A stretch of DNA of 64,000 bases from the human T2T-CHM13v2.0 reference genome, Homo sapiens. The position numbers and the translations under genes are program-made. The stretch's first letter is position 1, and each line of letters starts with the position of its first letter. Of this stretch, positions 52,363-64,000 are shown piece by piece. The stretch lies in assembly GCF_009914755.1 (NCBI RefSeq), contig NC_060942.1; one strand, given 5' to 3'. The notes below the pieces were generated by a model. It was not told the DNA's origin and searched no databases. It worked only from the letters and a program-made list of their open reading frames with translations.

Positions 52363-52896
52363 GGTAGATATAGATATGAGAGAGAGAGAATTTAATGGGG
52401 AATTGGTTCACATGAGATAGATGATAGATCAATAGATAGATAGATGATAGATGATAGATAAGAAGGTAGATAGATGTAGATATAGATATGAGAGAGAGAA
52501 TTTAATGGGGAATTGTCTCACATGAGATAGATGATAGATCAATAGACATAGATGATAGATGACAGATAGATAAGAAGATAGATAGATAGATGTAGATATA
52601 GATATGAGAGAGAGAATTTAATAGGGAATTGGCTCACATGATCACAGAAGCTGAGAATTCCAATAGACTGACCACAAGCTAGGGACTCTAGGAAGCTGGT
52701 AGCGTGGCTCAGTCCAAGCCTGAAGGCCTCAGAACTAGGGAGGTCAATGGTGTAACTCTCAGCCTGAGGCCAAAGGCCTGAGGACCTGGGTCAGTTGGGG
52801 GCATTGGTGTTAAGTCCTGGAGTCCAAAACCTGGAAATCCTGAAATTCTGATTCAATTTTAGGATTAAAATTGACTCCTAAAATTAACTATCACAT
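52284..52896 (-). mobile_element. MLT2 (ERVL) solo LTR, rearranged
   Basis: TGTATTGGAGTTCTCCAGACAGAAC start, GGAATTGGCTCACATGAT, end AAAATTAACTATCACA. Confidence 0.85.
52317..52641. repeat. (GATA)11 STR plus three ~115-bp compound tandem units
   Basis: 11 perfect GATA at 52317-52360. A core of GTAGATATAGATATGAGAGAGAGAATTTAATRGGGAATTG..TCACATGA starts at 52364, 52476 and 52592. Confidence 0.93.
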
Positions 52897-53033
52897 CATC
52901 CATTTGTTTCTTTCTAGATGTCTATGTCTTTTTTGTTCCTCTAGTTCTTTACTGCTTCCTTTTACTTAAGTGAATATTTTCGAGTGTGCAATTTTAACTC
53001 CTTTAATGACTTTTTTACTACATATTTTTGGAG

Positions 53034-53203
53034 TTTTTTTTTTTTTTAAATGGAGTCTTGCTATGTTGCTCAGGCTGTAGTGCAGTGGCTATTCACAGGC
53101 ACAATTATAGCACTTCATAGCCTTAAACTCCTGGCCTCAAATAATCCTCTCACCTCAGCCACCTGAGTAGCTAGGAATACAGGTGCATACCCTCCACGCA
53201 GCT
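53034..53203 (-). mobile_element. FAM (fossil Alu monomer)
   Basis: Monomer retaining the 7SL-derived segment GCAGTGGCTATTCACAGGC, which dimeric Alus lack. Confidence 0.85.
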
Positions 53204-53544
53204 GCTAGATTTATTTTCTTAGTGGTTGCTCCAGGGCTTACTGCATACATTTTAACCTCATAGAATCTAGTTATTGTATCTTAATTCAGTGACATGTATA
53301 TATATTGTTTTATATAATTTTATGTCTTTTATTAAAGTACAGAAAAACGCACAAGTATATATTTAAAGATGTTGTTATGGTAACCTTCTTATTTACTATT
53401 TCTGATTTTTTTCATTTGTTCCTATGGATTCAAGGAACCAGCTGGCTCCAGTACAGTTTTGTTTCCATCCTCTTTCTTTGTGTTAATATTGGCAAATATG
53501 TTATAATGATTCAAGTCCTAGACATATATGCAACATAAATATGT

Positions 53545-54000
53545 ATTTTGTATCCCAGAATATATTTATAACAATGTTCATGGCAGCACTGTTCACGATA
53601 GCCCCAATCTGAATAAAAATAAAAATATCTCTCAGGCATAGATTGAGTAAATAAATTCTTATTTATTCACACAATATATAGAGCAATGAGAATAAATACT
53701 ATCTAGTAATGAGAATGAACTACTACTACATAGACCAGAATGAATAAATTTCATTAATATAATGTTGAGTGGAAGAAGCCAATCATAAAAGATAACACAG
53801 TGCAATTCTAATTATATAACTTTCACAAACAGGCAAAAATAACCAATGGTAGGGCTAGTCAGGACTGTGGTAAACTTTAAGGAAAAGAATTGTTTCTACA
53901 AGGAGGCATAATGTAGGCCTCTGGGGTGCTAGTGCTCCATTTACTGACTCAGTTTGTTTTTTCATGGTTGTGTCTGCTTTATGCAAATTAATGAATTTCT
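53545..54000 (+). mobile_element. L1ME-type 3' end
   Basis: AATGTTCATGGCAGCACTGTTCACGATAGCCCCAA ... ATAATGTTGAGTGGAAGAAGCCA ... ACAGGCAAAAATAAC. Confidence 0.75.
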
Positions 54001-55379
54001 TGTGTGTGTAGAACTGAGATCCTTGTTTTGTTTTGGCTAGTCCCAGAGTTTGCTCCTAGCATCTACAGGCCACCCTTAAACTTAGTCACATGGTTATCTC
54101 ACAAAATCAGAGCTCCCTTTTTCAAAGTCAGCATTAGAATCTATAAAGGGTCTTACACGATATAATTTAATCAATAAAGAGTATCCCACCAAAATCACAT
54201 ATTCTGTTCACATTCAAAGTGAGTGAATTACACAGGATGGGTTCTCAAGAGGAGGCGAATCTTAGAGCTATCTTACAATCTGCCTAGGAAAGGGCTATAA
54301 AATTATCCTTGCATTTTCTTGTATGTTTGCATACTTACAAATTGATTTAAAATGTCAGTAAAAATGCTACTATAGGTGCTAGTATAGGTTGTTAGGGACG
54401 CTATATAGGCAGCTGAGGCTATCTGGGGTACTCATGGAAGGTTACTGAGAAGGATGGATTTTTCAAGAAGACCTTCATATGCAAAGAGCTGGACGAAAAA
54501 AGCAAGATGTCTTCAAGAATCTGGAAGTATTTTAGTTTGGGTACAGATTTGGGGTAAGAATTGACAGAGGAGAGACAAATGCAAAGGTTGGCTACATCTC
54601 TTCTCTGTTTAAAACCTTCAATTCTTTCTTATGGCTTATGGAAGGAAATCTGACACCCTTAATTAAGGCTTCCACATCCTCTTCTACCTTTCCTCAGCTT
54701 AATTTTTACTAACAACCCCTGAATTGGGTAAATTTGATCATATTGACCTTCCTATCATTTATTTTAAAATGTCATGCACCTTTCTGCCTTAAGTACTTCA
54801 CAAGGCTGTTTGCTCCCTGTTACTCTTCACATACGTGAGACTCACTTTAAATGTTGCATTCTAAAGAAGTCCCATCACTGCTCTCATTTATGGTCTGTTG
54901 TATTTTCTCTCATTTCTGTTACCATAAATTATAATTATGATTACAAATAAAAGAATTGTATCACTCCTCCAACAACCTACAAAAGGAATGAATTTGGAGA
55001 GGGTCCTTGAAAAAAATTTAATTTAGTGTTGTGAGTCTTAAATTTTGGTTTTTGTAGAGTTCAGGAAGTATCTTTTAAAAGAAAAAGCCTTTGAGAAAAA
55101 ATATTTCTTTTTCTCCTCATGAGTTTAGCCTATGTCGCCTCCAAGGAAAAAAGCCCTTGAATAAAATGTTCTCAATCTTTCTGCATCTTCTCACTTTAGT
55201 GTTTTCGGGATGAATCCAACATTTAACTCCTTCCCTGGCATCTGGCTTAAGGGGTGACTCTACCTATGCCTTTGTTCCCAACCTCGCCTGTCTCCTTGAG
55301 GTTCAGTCCATTAATTATTCATTCTTTCTACCCTATCCCCTTTTTAATTCACAAAATACACAAAAATATTCAAACTTTC

Positions 55380-56610
55380 CCAACTTAAAATAAAAGAAAG
55401 CAAAGACATAACTCCCTTCAACCTAGAATCCTTTCTAGCAGTCAACCCGACTTTCGCTAATCTTTCCCAGCCAAGCTTCCTCAAAGAGTGGGCTGCATTT
55501 TTCATCTTTTCCCTGTTTGTATTTCTCTTCTAATCCCACTTAATCTGTCTTTATGCAAGAATTACAATGTCATTTTTCAATACAACATACACTTTTCAAT
55601 TCTTACCTTACTTATCCCACTATTTTTTTCAAATTATATGTTCATTCTTTCAGATTGATATCTAATCCCATGACTTATTCTGCTAATTACACATCGACAG
55701 AACCCAAGACAATATCTGTGTGTGTGTATATATATATATGTGTATATATATAAACATGTATACAAAGACTAGAAATTATTTTGTAGATGCCAACCCACAC
55801 CTAAAACTCAACCAATGTCATCATCTTTCCCTACAAACCCGTTTTTCCTCTTACTAAACCTGTCTTTTAGAAAATCACCTGTGTCCCAAGCAAGAAACCT
55901 TGGAGTCATCCTAGGCTCCTTTTCCCACACTTTGCATTTCTGTCTATCTTGTGGCTTTTACCTCTGAATTATGTCTCATTTCCTTCCTTCCCATAGCATC
56001 CTTACAGACACCTTCTGCATTAGGCTCTCATTATTTCTTGTCTGGGAAACATTGCAAATCTTCCAAACAGAACTCCTTTCCTGTCTTTTTCCCTCTAATA
56101 CAGTCTACACAATTGCCTCAAAGGGCTTTTCTTAAAATGAAAGCCTTATCTTGTCACTTCTCTGCTTAAAAGCTTTTTATGTAAACTAGTAAATTTTATG
56201 ATAAGGTCAAACTCCTCATGGCAGCACATAAAACTTTTCCAAATTGGGTTAGTGACATTCTTGTAAGTTTCTGGAAAGTGTCATATTTTTCCTGTTTGAC
56301 CTTTATATTTGCTGCTGCTTTTTGTTTCTGAGATATTTTTCTAACTTTATGTATGTGTGTAATGCTGGCTAGTCATTCAAGGCTTGGAAAAGCTCTTTTT
56401 CCAACCAGCCTATGTTGCCTTCCCAGGCTGATTGGCATGCCCCTCTGCTCTCATAGTGTCTTTGTTGTGTACACAATGATTTCACAGTATTTTAATTGTT
56501 GCAGTATGTTTCCAGATCCTAGCCTGAAATTTTGAAAATTTTTCAATTCCTTTCAAAAATCATGGTGGCTAGCATATAGTAGTAGTTCCTCAATATGTAT
56601 AAATTGAATT
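55380..56610 (+). mobile_element. L2 fragments
   Basis: CCCAAGCAAGAAACCTTGGAGTCATCCT and a 3' end TAGCATATAGTAGTAGTTCCTCAATATGTATAAATTGAAT. Confidence 0.6.
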
Positions 56611-57164
56611 AATTATAATTCATTTCATCTCAATGATAATTATCTTATGATATTACTATCTGTACATTACACACTCATTCAATACGTATTATTAAAATAA
56701 TGCCAATATAATATAAAGTACATTTTGTTTTATGTACATTAATATAAAGATGAATAATATATTTTTATTCCTAACACTCAAGGACAGAGCAATTACTTAA
56801 AAGGCAGTGTGGAACATGAGACATGTTTATTTAAGGTCAGCTGTTTGGGAGTGTATGAGTAGAAATGAAGTAGAACTCTGTAGAGAGCCACAAATCAAAC
56901 TTCTGAGACTTCTAGAGAGGAGAGATGGTTTCTCTTAGGGTAGAAGTTAGGATGTTTATAAAGGCAGAGGAAGTAGGCTTTGACCTCTGGTTTGACAAGA
57001 GGGTAGAGTCTGGATACATGGAAGTGGAGGGAAACACTATATGAGTCAGAATGAATAAGCTGAGCATAGAAAAACAGAAAAGCAGAAATTCCAGCATACA
57101 AGTGGAATGGTTTGGCCAAACAGAAGGGAGAGTAAGTAGCAACAGCGAGTAATGAAGGTTAAGA

Positions 57165-57616
57165 AAAATGAATGGATAAAGAAAATATCACATATATCCA
57201 CACACACAATGGAATATAATCAGTCATAAAAAAGAATAAAATCCTGTCTTTTGTGACAACGTGGATGAATCTTGAAAACATTATGCTAAGTGAAATAAGC
57301 CAGATTAAAATAAACAAATATTGTAAGATCTCACTTGATGTAGAACCCAAGAAAAAATAATTGAACTCTTAGAACCAGAGAGTAGAAATGTGTTTCGCAG
57401 GGGCTGGGGATTGGGAGAAATGGGAGATGCTGGTCAGAGAATACAAACTTTCAGTTATAAGATTAACAACTTCAGGGATCTATTGTATAGCATGAATGGT
57501 GATGAAAGTGTTAATTTGATTGTGGTAATCATTACATATTGCATAAGTATTAATATATCAAATCATCACATTGTATACCTTGATTATATATAATCTTTAT
57601 TTGTCAATTAAATATT
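57165..57616 (+). mobile_element. L1MA (about L1MA8-10) 3' end
   Basis: ATGAATGGATAAAGAAAAT ... CATTATGCTAAGTGAAATAAGCCAG ... ATACAAACTTTCAGTTATAAGAT ... TATTTGTCAATTA. Confidence 0.85.
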
Positions 57617-58114
57617 CAAAAGAGTTTGGTTTGGATCACAATCTGGGAGAAAAATAAAGCCAAGTCTTTAAAAATAAGAAAGGAAAATATTCTGACTTTT
57701 TTTAGTTTGATTAAAAATAAAAATGTTCAAAGATTCACTGAAGTACATTTTATAGTAGCAGTACAGCACAATGGGGATTTCAAAAGTTTTTACATTCCAC
57801 AGAGAGCTATTTCTTGAAAAAATAGTAATGTGGCATTTTATATTTATGCCCAATTCACTGAACTTTACTACAATTTGAAACAAACACAAGAATGGCAAAT
57901 GTAGTAGACACAAGCCTAAACTCTTTAAGCTACTTAAAAGAATACCTATGTGATTAGTCATATTTTTCATAATCTTTATATAATTGAAATTTGTTAAAGA
58001 TAGTAATATGTAGTATCTATAAATTCATGTATAAAGAAAATGATATTTTCGTTTAAAAGTACTCACAATTCCCCTTGTGCCTGAAAAAATCTATTTATTA
58101 TATATTTAATTAAT

Positions 58115-58860
58115 ATACTCATCAATTATTCGTTATATGTCATTATTTGCCAGACCTTGTGATAGGTACAGAGTATTAAAAAGTGATTAAGACATGGTGC
58201 TAGCATCAAGAAAATCAATAGTTATATAATACATGGCTGTAAGAACACCAAACTCCATGGGAATATGACACAGGGAGAGAAAGCTCTAGGGAAAGCTTTT
58301 TGAGCAAAATGGTATTTGCACTGAGCCTCAAAGGATGACTAGGAGTATAGAAATCTGACTGAGGGGAGGTATCCTAGAAAGGGTATGGCACGAGCAAAAG
58401 TCCAGGGTGGGAAACAACTTGGTGTACAAAGAGAACTGCACACAACTCGGTAATGCGAGAGTCTACAGTGTAAAGATGGATGACAGTGGCTCAAAATAAG
58501 GAGGAGAGTCTGGCAGAGGCCAGATGATTGGGAAAGTTTGGATTTTGAAGAATCACTGAAGGGTTTTAAATAGCTGTGAGGAGGGAGGTTTTGATAAAGG
58601 CTAAGACAAGACACGGGGAGACAGAATAGGAAGCGGTTGGTGTAATCCAGATGAAAAATGACACCTATATAAACTAGGATAATAATTACAGCTGAGAGAG
58701 ACAATAGATTCAAAACTGGTTTAGGATATAAATTATATGGACTTGAAATGGCCAACATTTCTTTTTGCGTGAAAGAAGGAGAGTCTTGAAGAAGACTAAG
58801 AGCAAGACAGACAGTGGTCAAGACAGAATCAGGAGAGAACAGTTCTTCAGGAACCAAGGC
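58115..58860 (-). mobile_element. L2 in reverse orientation
   Basis: TGCCAGACCTTGTGATAGGTACAG...AAGACATGGT, CTGAGCCTCAAAGGATGA, GAATCACTGAAGGGTTTTAA, GTAATCCAGATGA. Confidence 0.72.
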
Positions 58861-59190
58861 AATGTCAATATAATGATAAATAGCACCTTAATCCACACAT
58901 ATAAGCATCGACTACTAGAGAAAAGCCTCATAATATAATGATTGAAATGTGGCTGGTACTTAATCAAAATACTTTCTTGAAAAATTGTTTTATTTACCAA
59001 AAGCACCAAGGCATTAATAGACTGTGTTGATTTTTAAATGAGACAAATAGTCCCAGATCTAACACTAGTTATTTGAATTTCTATGTTCCTTTGATTGAGT
59101 CTCTTGAGAAACAGGTGGTGCATTACTATATTTCTTATCAATTTTTCCAGGAATTTTCTCCACAAAAACTTTAAAAGCACATTTGTAAAC

Positions 59191-59238
59191 TCTGTCATTG
59201 ATAAGCTCTAACTTATCTGTCATTGATAAGCTCTAACT
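59191..59238. repeat. 23-bp direct repeat with 25-bp period
   Basis: TCTGTCATTGATAAGCTCTAACT at 59191-59213 and 59216-59238. Confidence 0.93.
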
Positions 59239-60799
59239 AGCCTTAACTCCTTGTTTATTCATTACTGTACAATCACACAATTGGAGGTATTTTATTACTT
59301 TTCTACCGTAGTTGACTAGTAAGTACACCTTTCTTTCAAAATGTTTTCTTGACTCCTTGACAATGGAGAATTCTGAACTTCTCTCAATAGTCCAGCCCAG
59401 GAATGTAGATGCTTTTCTTCTTTCTCAAAAGTTTATGAATATATGTAAACTCTCTTGGATAAATCTCATCCTCAACTTCCTTTCCTTCTTCAAGTTAGAT
59501 ACCAAGAGTATGGGTATATTTTAAGCCAGTTTAGTGATACTTATAAATTTTCGACAGGAAAACTACACTAGCTCATTCATAAAACTATGAGTGACCATCA
59601 GTAAAAATGACAAGGTTTACTTATTTTTAAAGATGCAGGATCATTATTTAAAGTAGAATAGGAATGGGAGAAGGCAGCAACATTATTGCCATAATAGAAA
59701 TTCTTTCTACTGCAATCAATCTATAAATACTGGGATCTATGCTATGTATGTAACAATTTGAATTTCTCTTAATTCTCTGTTACTTGGGGAGCCACTGTGG
59801 CACTTTAATTATTGCAAATTATGGAGAATTAGATTGATCAGAAAAACACACCTCCCAGTTTTTTCAATAAAAGTATGATTATTTTACATACATACAAGCA
59901 TCAAAGCAAAAATGATCATATTACCAGAGCAAACTACTATAGACATTTTGTTTCTAAAAGTTTGAATTTTATGACTAAAATGCTGGAAAGTCAACATGGT
60001 TAAATTAGCTTGAGTCTGTAGCATCAGGGAGAATTAAAGACAGATTGGAAAACTATGAACAAGATATTTGGTATATCTCAAAGATGTATAAATATATCAG
60101 GGAAGCTTGGAGTTAGACTACAAAGCAGATATTATGTCATAAATATTTAAGACATTATTATATATTGAATTTTCTCATATCTTTAAATATTGGTCCCTAT
60201 TTCACTTACTGATGTTTTTTACCTTTCATGTCGATAGGTCAGTGAATTAGATATACTTGTATTTTTTTAGGAAAGCATATTCAGACATGCTTCTGACTGA
60301 TTGCCTTCCAAGGAATTCCAAGTGACCTCCTGTTGTAGAACAACAAAAACTTAGAATGTCATGTTCTTTGAGACATTTTCATTTCACAGAAGGTAGTGAA
60401 GACTTGAAGAATCTCTTCTACTACATTTACAGAAAAAATAGCGCAGGCTAGACCAGTAAGAACTGGATTTTTTTGCAAAGCCTGAGTCATTGGCAGTGAG
60501 GTAGAATGAGGTTGTCTAAGAAGAGATGCTGGTAGTATCACTGACATCATGAAATGGAATCTTAAGACAACTTAAATGTAGACGAAGTGACAATAGGACT
60601 CCCATTCACCTCTGGCTAATGAAAACATCCTTTTTGTAGGAAAACTCCCTTAATCCTCAACATATGCCAAAGGACTCCCATCAATTTAGTTTAAGCAATG
60701 TTCTCACAATCAAGAATTATCAAAAACACAAAAAGGCAAGTCAATCAAAACAACACACAACATATGTATATGGCCAAAAGCTCATATTTTAAACTACAA

Positions 60800-63760
60800 T
60801 TTACAAAATACAGAAGATATGTATAAAGTATTTTAAAAGATTAAGTTCCCAACAACAAAAATGACCAGTTAAAAAAGGATGTTAAGAATGAACAAAGAGA
60901 CATGAAAATAAAACAAATGAAACATCTAGAAATAAACCATATAATTCTTCAAATAAAAACATAATCAATAAAACACTTAATGGGCTGAGGTGATATTGAG
61001 AAATATTAAGGGTGAATTTAAAAGACCAAAGCATTTCTAATTGGAGTAATAGAATGAAAACAGAAGGAAGAAATGATGAGAGGACAATAAAAACCACCTT
61101 AATTTTAATCTCTCCACACATCCACATGTTAAAAGGTGAGCAAACAAATCATACATAGCTCATGCCTACAGTGAAATCAGGAGATAGAAAGACTGAAAAT
61201 CACAATTTATAAGAAAGTAGAAAAATATATTTCTCAAGACCAGCAAGGCCAGGTCTAGAGCTCACATTGGAGTGAAGCATTGATCAGTGGCTACAGGGAA
61301 GCCTGCATGAGGCCCCTATGCATGGGCTAACACCAATATCATTAACAAGAGCATGCCCTCAGAGGAGAAGGCCTATTCTGAATATAAAATACTTGCAGAA
61401 AGTTTGAGATCTGATGGTTCAAATCCTAGCTTCTATATAAGTGAAACTTGAATAGCAATTATGAAAAGGCACTATTTCAAAACGAGAGAGGGGACCTTAG
61501 ATGCATCTCTTGGTGAAAGAAGAGAAGGAAATGACAATACAATGACCCTTCAGAAACGAAATAGTACCCAAGGGTTAGAAGACATTAAAAATTTAGGCAC
61601 TAAGTATTTAAATAAAATTCTCTTTAGCCTCAGAAAAGGAAGAAACTAGATTAAGAATCTAAGAAAGACACTTATTTGCCTTTTTCACTCTATTCATCCC
61701 ACAGGATCGACTACAATTGCTGACTTAATAAGACATAACAGAAAAATTAACAACGATAACAACCACAAGAAAATCCAGGATTTATAAAAAATTACCATAA
61801 GAAAAAAAATACACTTTTGGCAGAGGAAGAAGATAAATATAGTATTTCATGATTATGAATCAGAGAAAAATTGGAAACGTTTCCATTTGACTACAATTTG
61901 ATGAGTTAGTGTACACATGAAAACTCAACATAGAAAAGAATAAACAAACAGTAGGATGATGTGAAAAATACTCTGACAGAATCCAGATAAAACTATTGAG
62001 GAATAAGACCAAAATATCACAGAAATAAAATACCAACTTACAAAGTTAAATATATACATATGCATATATATAAAACTAAGGGTATACAGGACAAAAGTGA
62101 GGAGAGTCTAAAATAAAGAGGCAAAATGATCTAAAAGAAAGTGATAGCTGAAGAAGGCAGACAAAGAAGATAAAACAAATGTATAATTGGAGTCTCTGAC
62201 TATTAAAAACCAAATCAATGGAAAAGAATTTAAGTGTAAAACTATCATTAAAATGTAATAGTACTTTTCCAATACAAAAGACCAGAAACTACATAATGAA
62301 AAGTTGCCCTGTATCTATTTGGGAGAATAGGTCCAGAATGGTCATCTTCTAGACTTGTCTTAGTAAAACTGCTATCCTTTATAGATAAAGAAAATAATTT
62401 TCTGGGCTAAAACTCCAAGCCATTTAGGAAGGAAAGAAAATCAGTAAACTTCTCAATATTAACACACAAAGCAAGGTAACAATAAAGCAACTTTTAAAAT
62501 GAACTCAAGGAAAAAAAGTATGAGTTGAGGAGTTATCCAGCCAAATTGTTCCCCTAGTATCAAATCCCTACATGCAGGAACTCAAAAAATAGCACATGGT
62601 AAGCCTTTCCTGAGGACAATGCTGGTGAACAGGCTTCTCCTACCCAGGAAATGATAGTTTGAAAATTTTGCAAAGAGAATAGTAGTGAGCATCGAGTATA
62701 TGCAATTGTAGGTCTAAGGCTAAAATGAGAATGAAAGAATAGTGTGAATATGCCTTGTGTTGGAAGAGTTAAAATAACTCAATTTTTAAAGTAGAATTCC
62801 AAGAGCAAGAGAAAGGAGAAAGTACAATAATAATTGGTAATAGGTACAAGTGAAAGGATATTATTTTAAATTGTTTAACAGAAGGCCAAGGCAGTTTTTT
62901 AGTAACTATTGTTTACCAAAAATGAACCCATCAAGACACAAAATTTAAAATTACCCATATCTATATAAACAAATTAGAAACTTTAAATAATCTTATCACC
63001 CTATAAACTGAGACATCTTATTGATGTTTTGACAGATAAATTCAAACTTCTAAATTCCAGATAATCCCAAAGCTATTTAATCTTTTAAAAGCACAGAAAA
63101 TGAAAGAAAGCATGGAAATATTTATATGCATGAGTATTTTATATAAAATTTTAAATATACAAAGCAGACCACCATAGATTAATCTTCCCTATGTATATCA
63201 ATGAAACATTTTATATAATGTATAATATATGTTATATTAGAAAAAATCTAATGATATATTAAAAATAATTTATCATGATCAAGTGATGTCTATTTTAGGA
63301 TTTCAAAAAAGAACCAAAGTTACTAAATCCGTTAATAATATCTAATTTATTGATAAGTCTAAGAAGAAAATGGCATTATTCTTTCCATAAATTCTGGAAA
63401 ATCATGCAAAAATACCCATTACTAATAAAAACATTTAATAAAATAATAATTATTTCTTAAATTGAGAAATTCATTCCTCCTCCCCAAACAGTTTTACTTA
63501 AAAATTTTAGACACATTCTTATAAAATCAAGATAAGAAAACCAACAATATCAGAGTTGAAGAATTGATTGGAAAGGTAAACATGTCAACAAAGAGGTTAA
63601 ATATACTTGTAAATTATATAAGACTATATGTGAAAAACCCAAGAAGCTCAATGAAGAAAAAAGGCTATAATATTGGGGAATTCAGTAAGCATTAGGGTAC
63701 AAATTTAGCATACAAAATCACTACAGTTCACACTCATTTGAGGAGGAAGAATGTTTTGTT
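60800..63760 (+). mobile_element. Very old L1-related remnants (HAL1/L1ME-like)
   Basis: A-rich with ORF1-like motifs (TATAATTGGAGTCTCTGA, TTATCCAGCCAAATTGTTC) and ORF2-like motifs (TATCATGATCAAGTG, GGAATTCAGTAAG). Confidence 0.5.
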
Positions 63761-64000
63761 TTTGTTTTGTTTTAAAGAAGAATGCCAGCTTATAAATATA
63801 AAGGAAGAATAGCGTTGGAAAAATCACTATTTTGATATTCATTGAAGTTATTGATTTAGGAATGGAGCATCAATGAATGTCAAAGCAATTAGTTGAAAGG
63901 ATGACAGGGAACAAGACATTCACATGACACCAACTACCAACCTACAAATTGTGTACTAATTGCCAGTTGGAAGATATACCTTAATAATGGAGAAAACTGT

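Larger units (their letters stand above)
50215..53520 (-). mobile_element. Old L1 (L1M-type) in reverse orientation, internally deleted, interrupted by MLT2 and FAM
   Basis: T-rich reverse ORF2: TTCCAGAGTGGCTACACCATTTTACATTCC, AAATTCACCAGTGAATCCATCTGAGCCTGG, GAGAAGAATATATATTCTGCTG. Confidence 0.8.

Noticed and set aside
52364-52641. Repeat-spacer-like layout resembling a CRISPR array
   Set aside because: The spacers are near-identical GATA microsatellite, the repeat is MLT2 LTR sequence, and the DNA is primate with no cas genes.
58339-58857. Longest ORF in the window (172 aa, - strand)
   Set aside because: It lies within an L2 relic, has Leu/Ser-rich composition typical of pyrimidine-rich repeat and shows no recognisable domain.

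Overview
AT-rich, CpG-poor primate genomic DNA, very probably human because it carries an almost consensus AluYd8-type element. Most of the window is interspersed repeat: about 14 Alu-family elements (AluS, AluY, AluYd8, FLAM, FAM), a full-length but dead L1MA of about 7.9 kb with target-site duplication, several older internally deleted L1MB/MC/MD/ME elements, solo LTRs (MER66-like, two MLT2, MLT1E, MLT1A), MER58B, and L2 and MIR relics. I cannot support any host protein-coding gene, tRNA, rRNA or CRISPR array: the listed ORFs are Alu-derived, L1-derived or chance. Repeat subfamily calls come from remembered consensus sequences, and boundaries of old elements are approximate. Nearly all L1s lie on the + strand, which suggests the window is inside a minus-strand transcription unit. 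The most promising non-repeat signal is a candidate haematopoietic/endothelial-type promoter or enhancer at about 32.2-33.8 kb (two identical ETS sites, RBPJ/RUNX sites, an orphan A39 tract, and a minus-strand splice donor and acceptor). A speculative chain of minus-strand exons lies at 3.4-5.2 kb. I found no convincing novel biological system.
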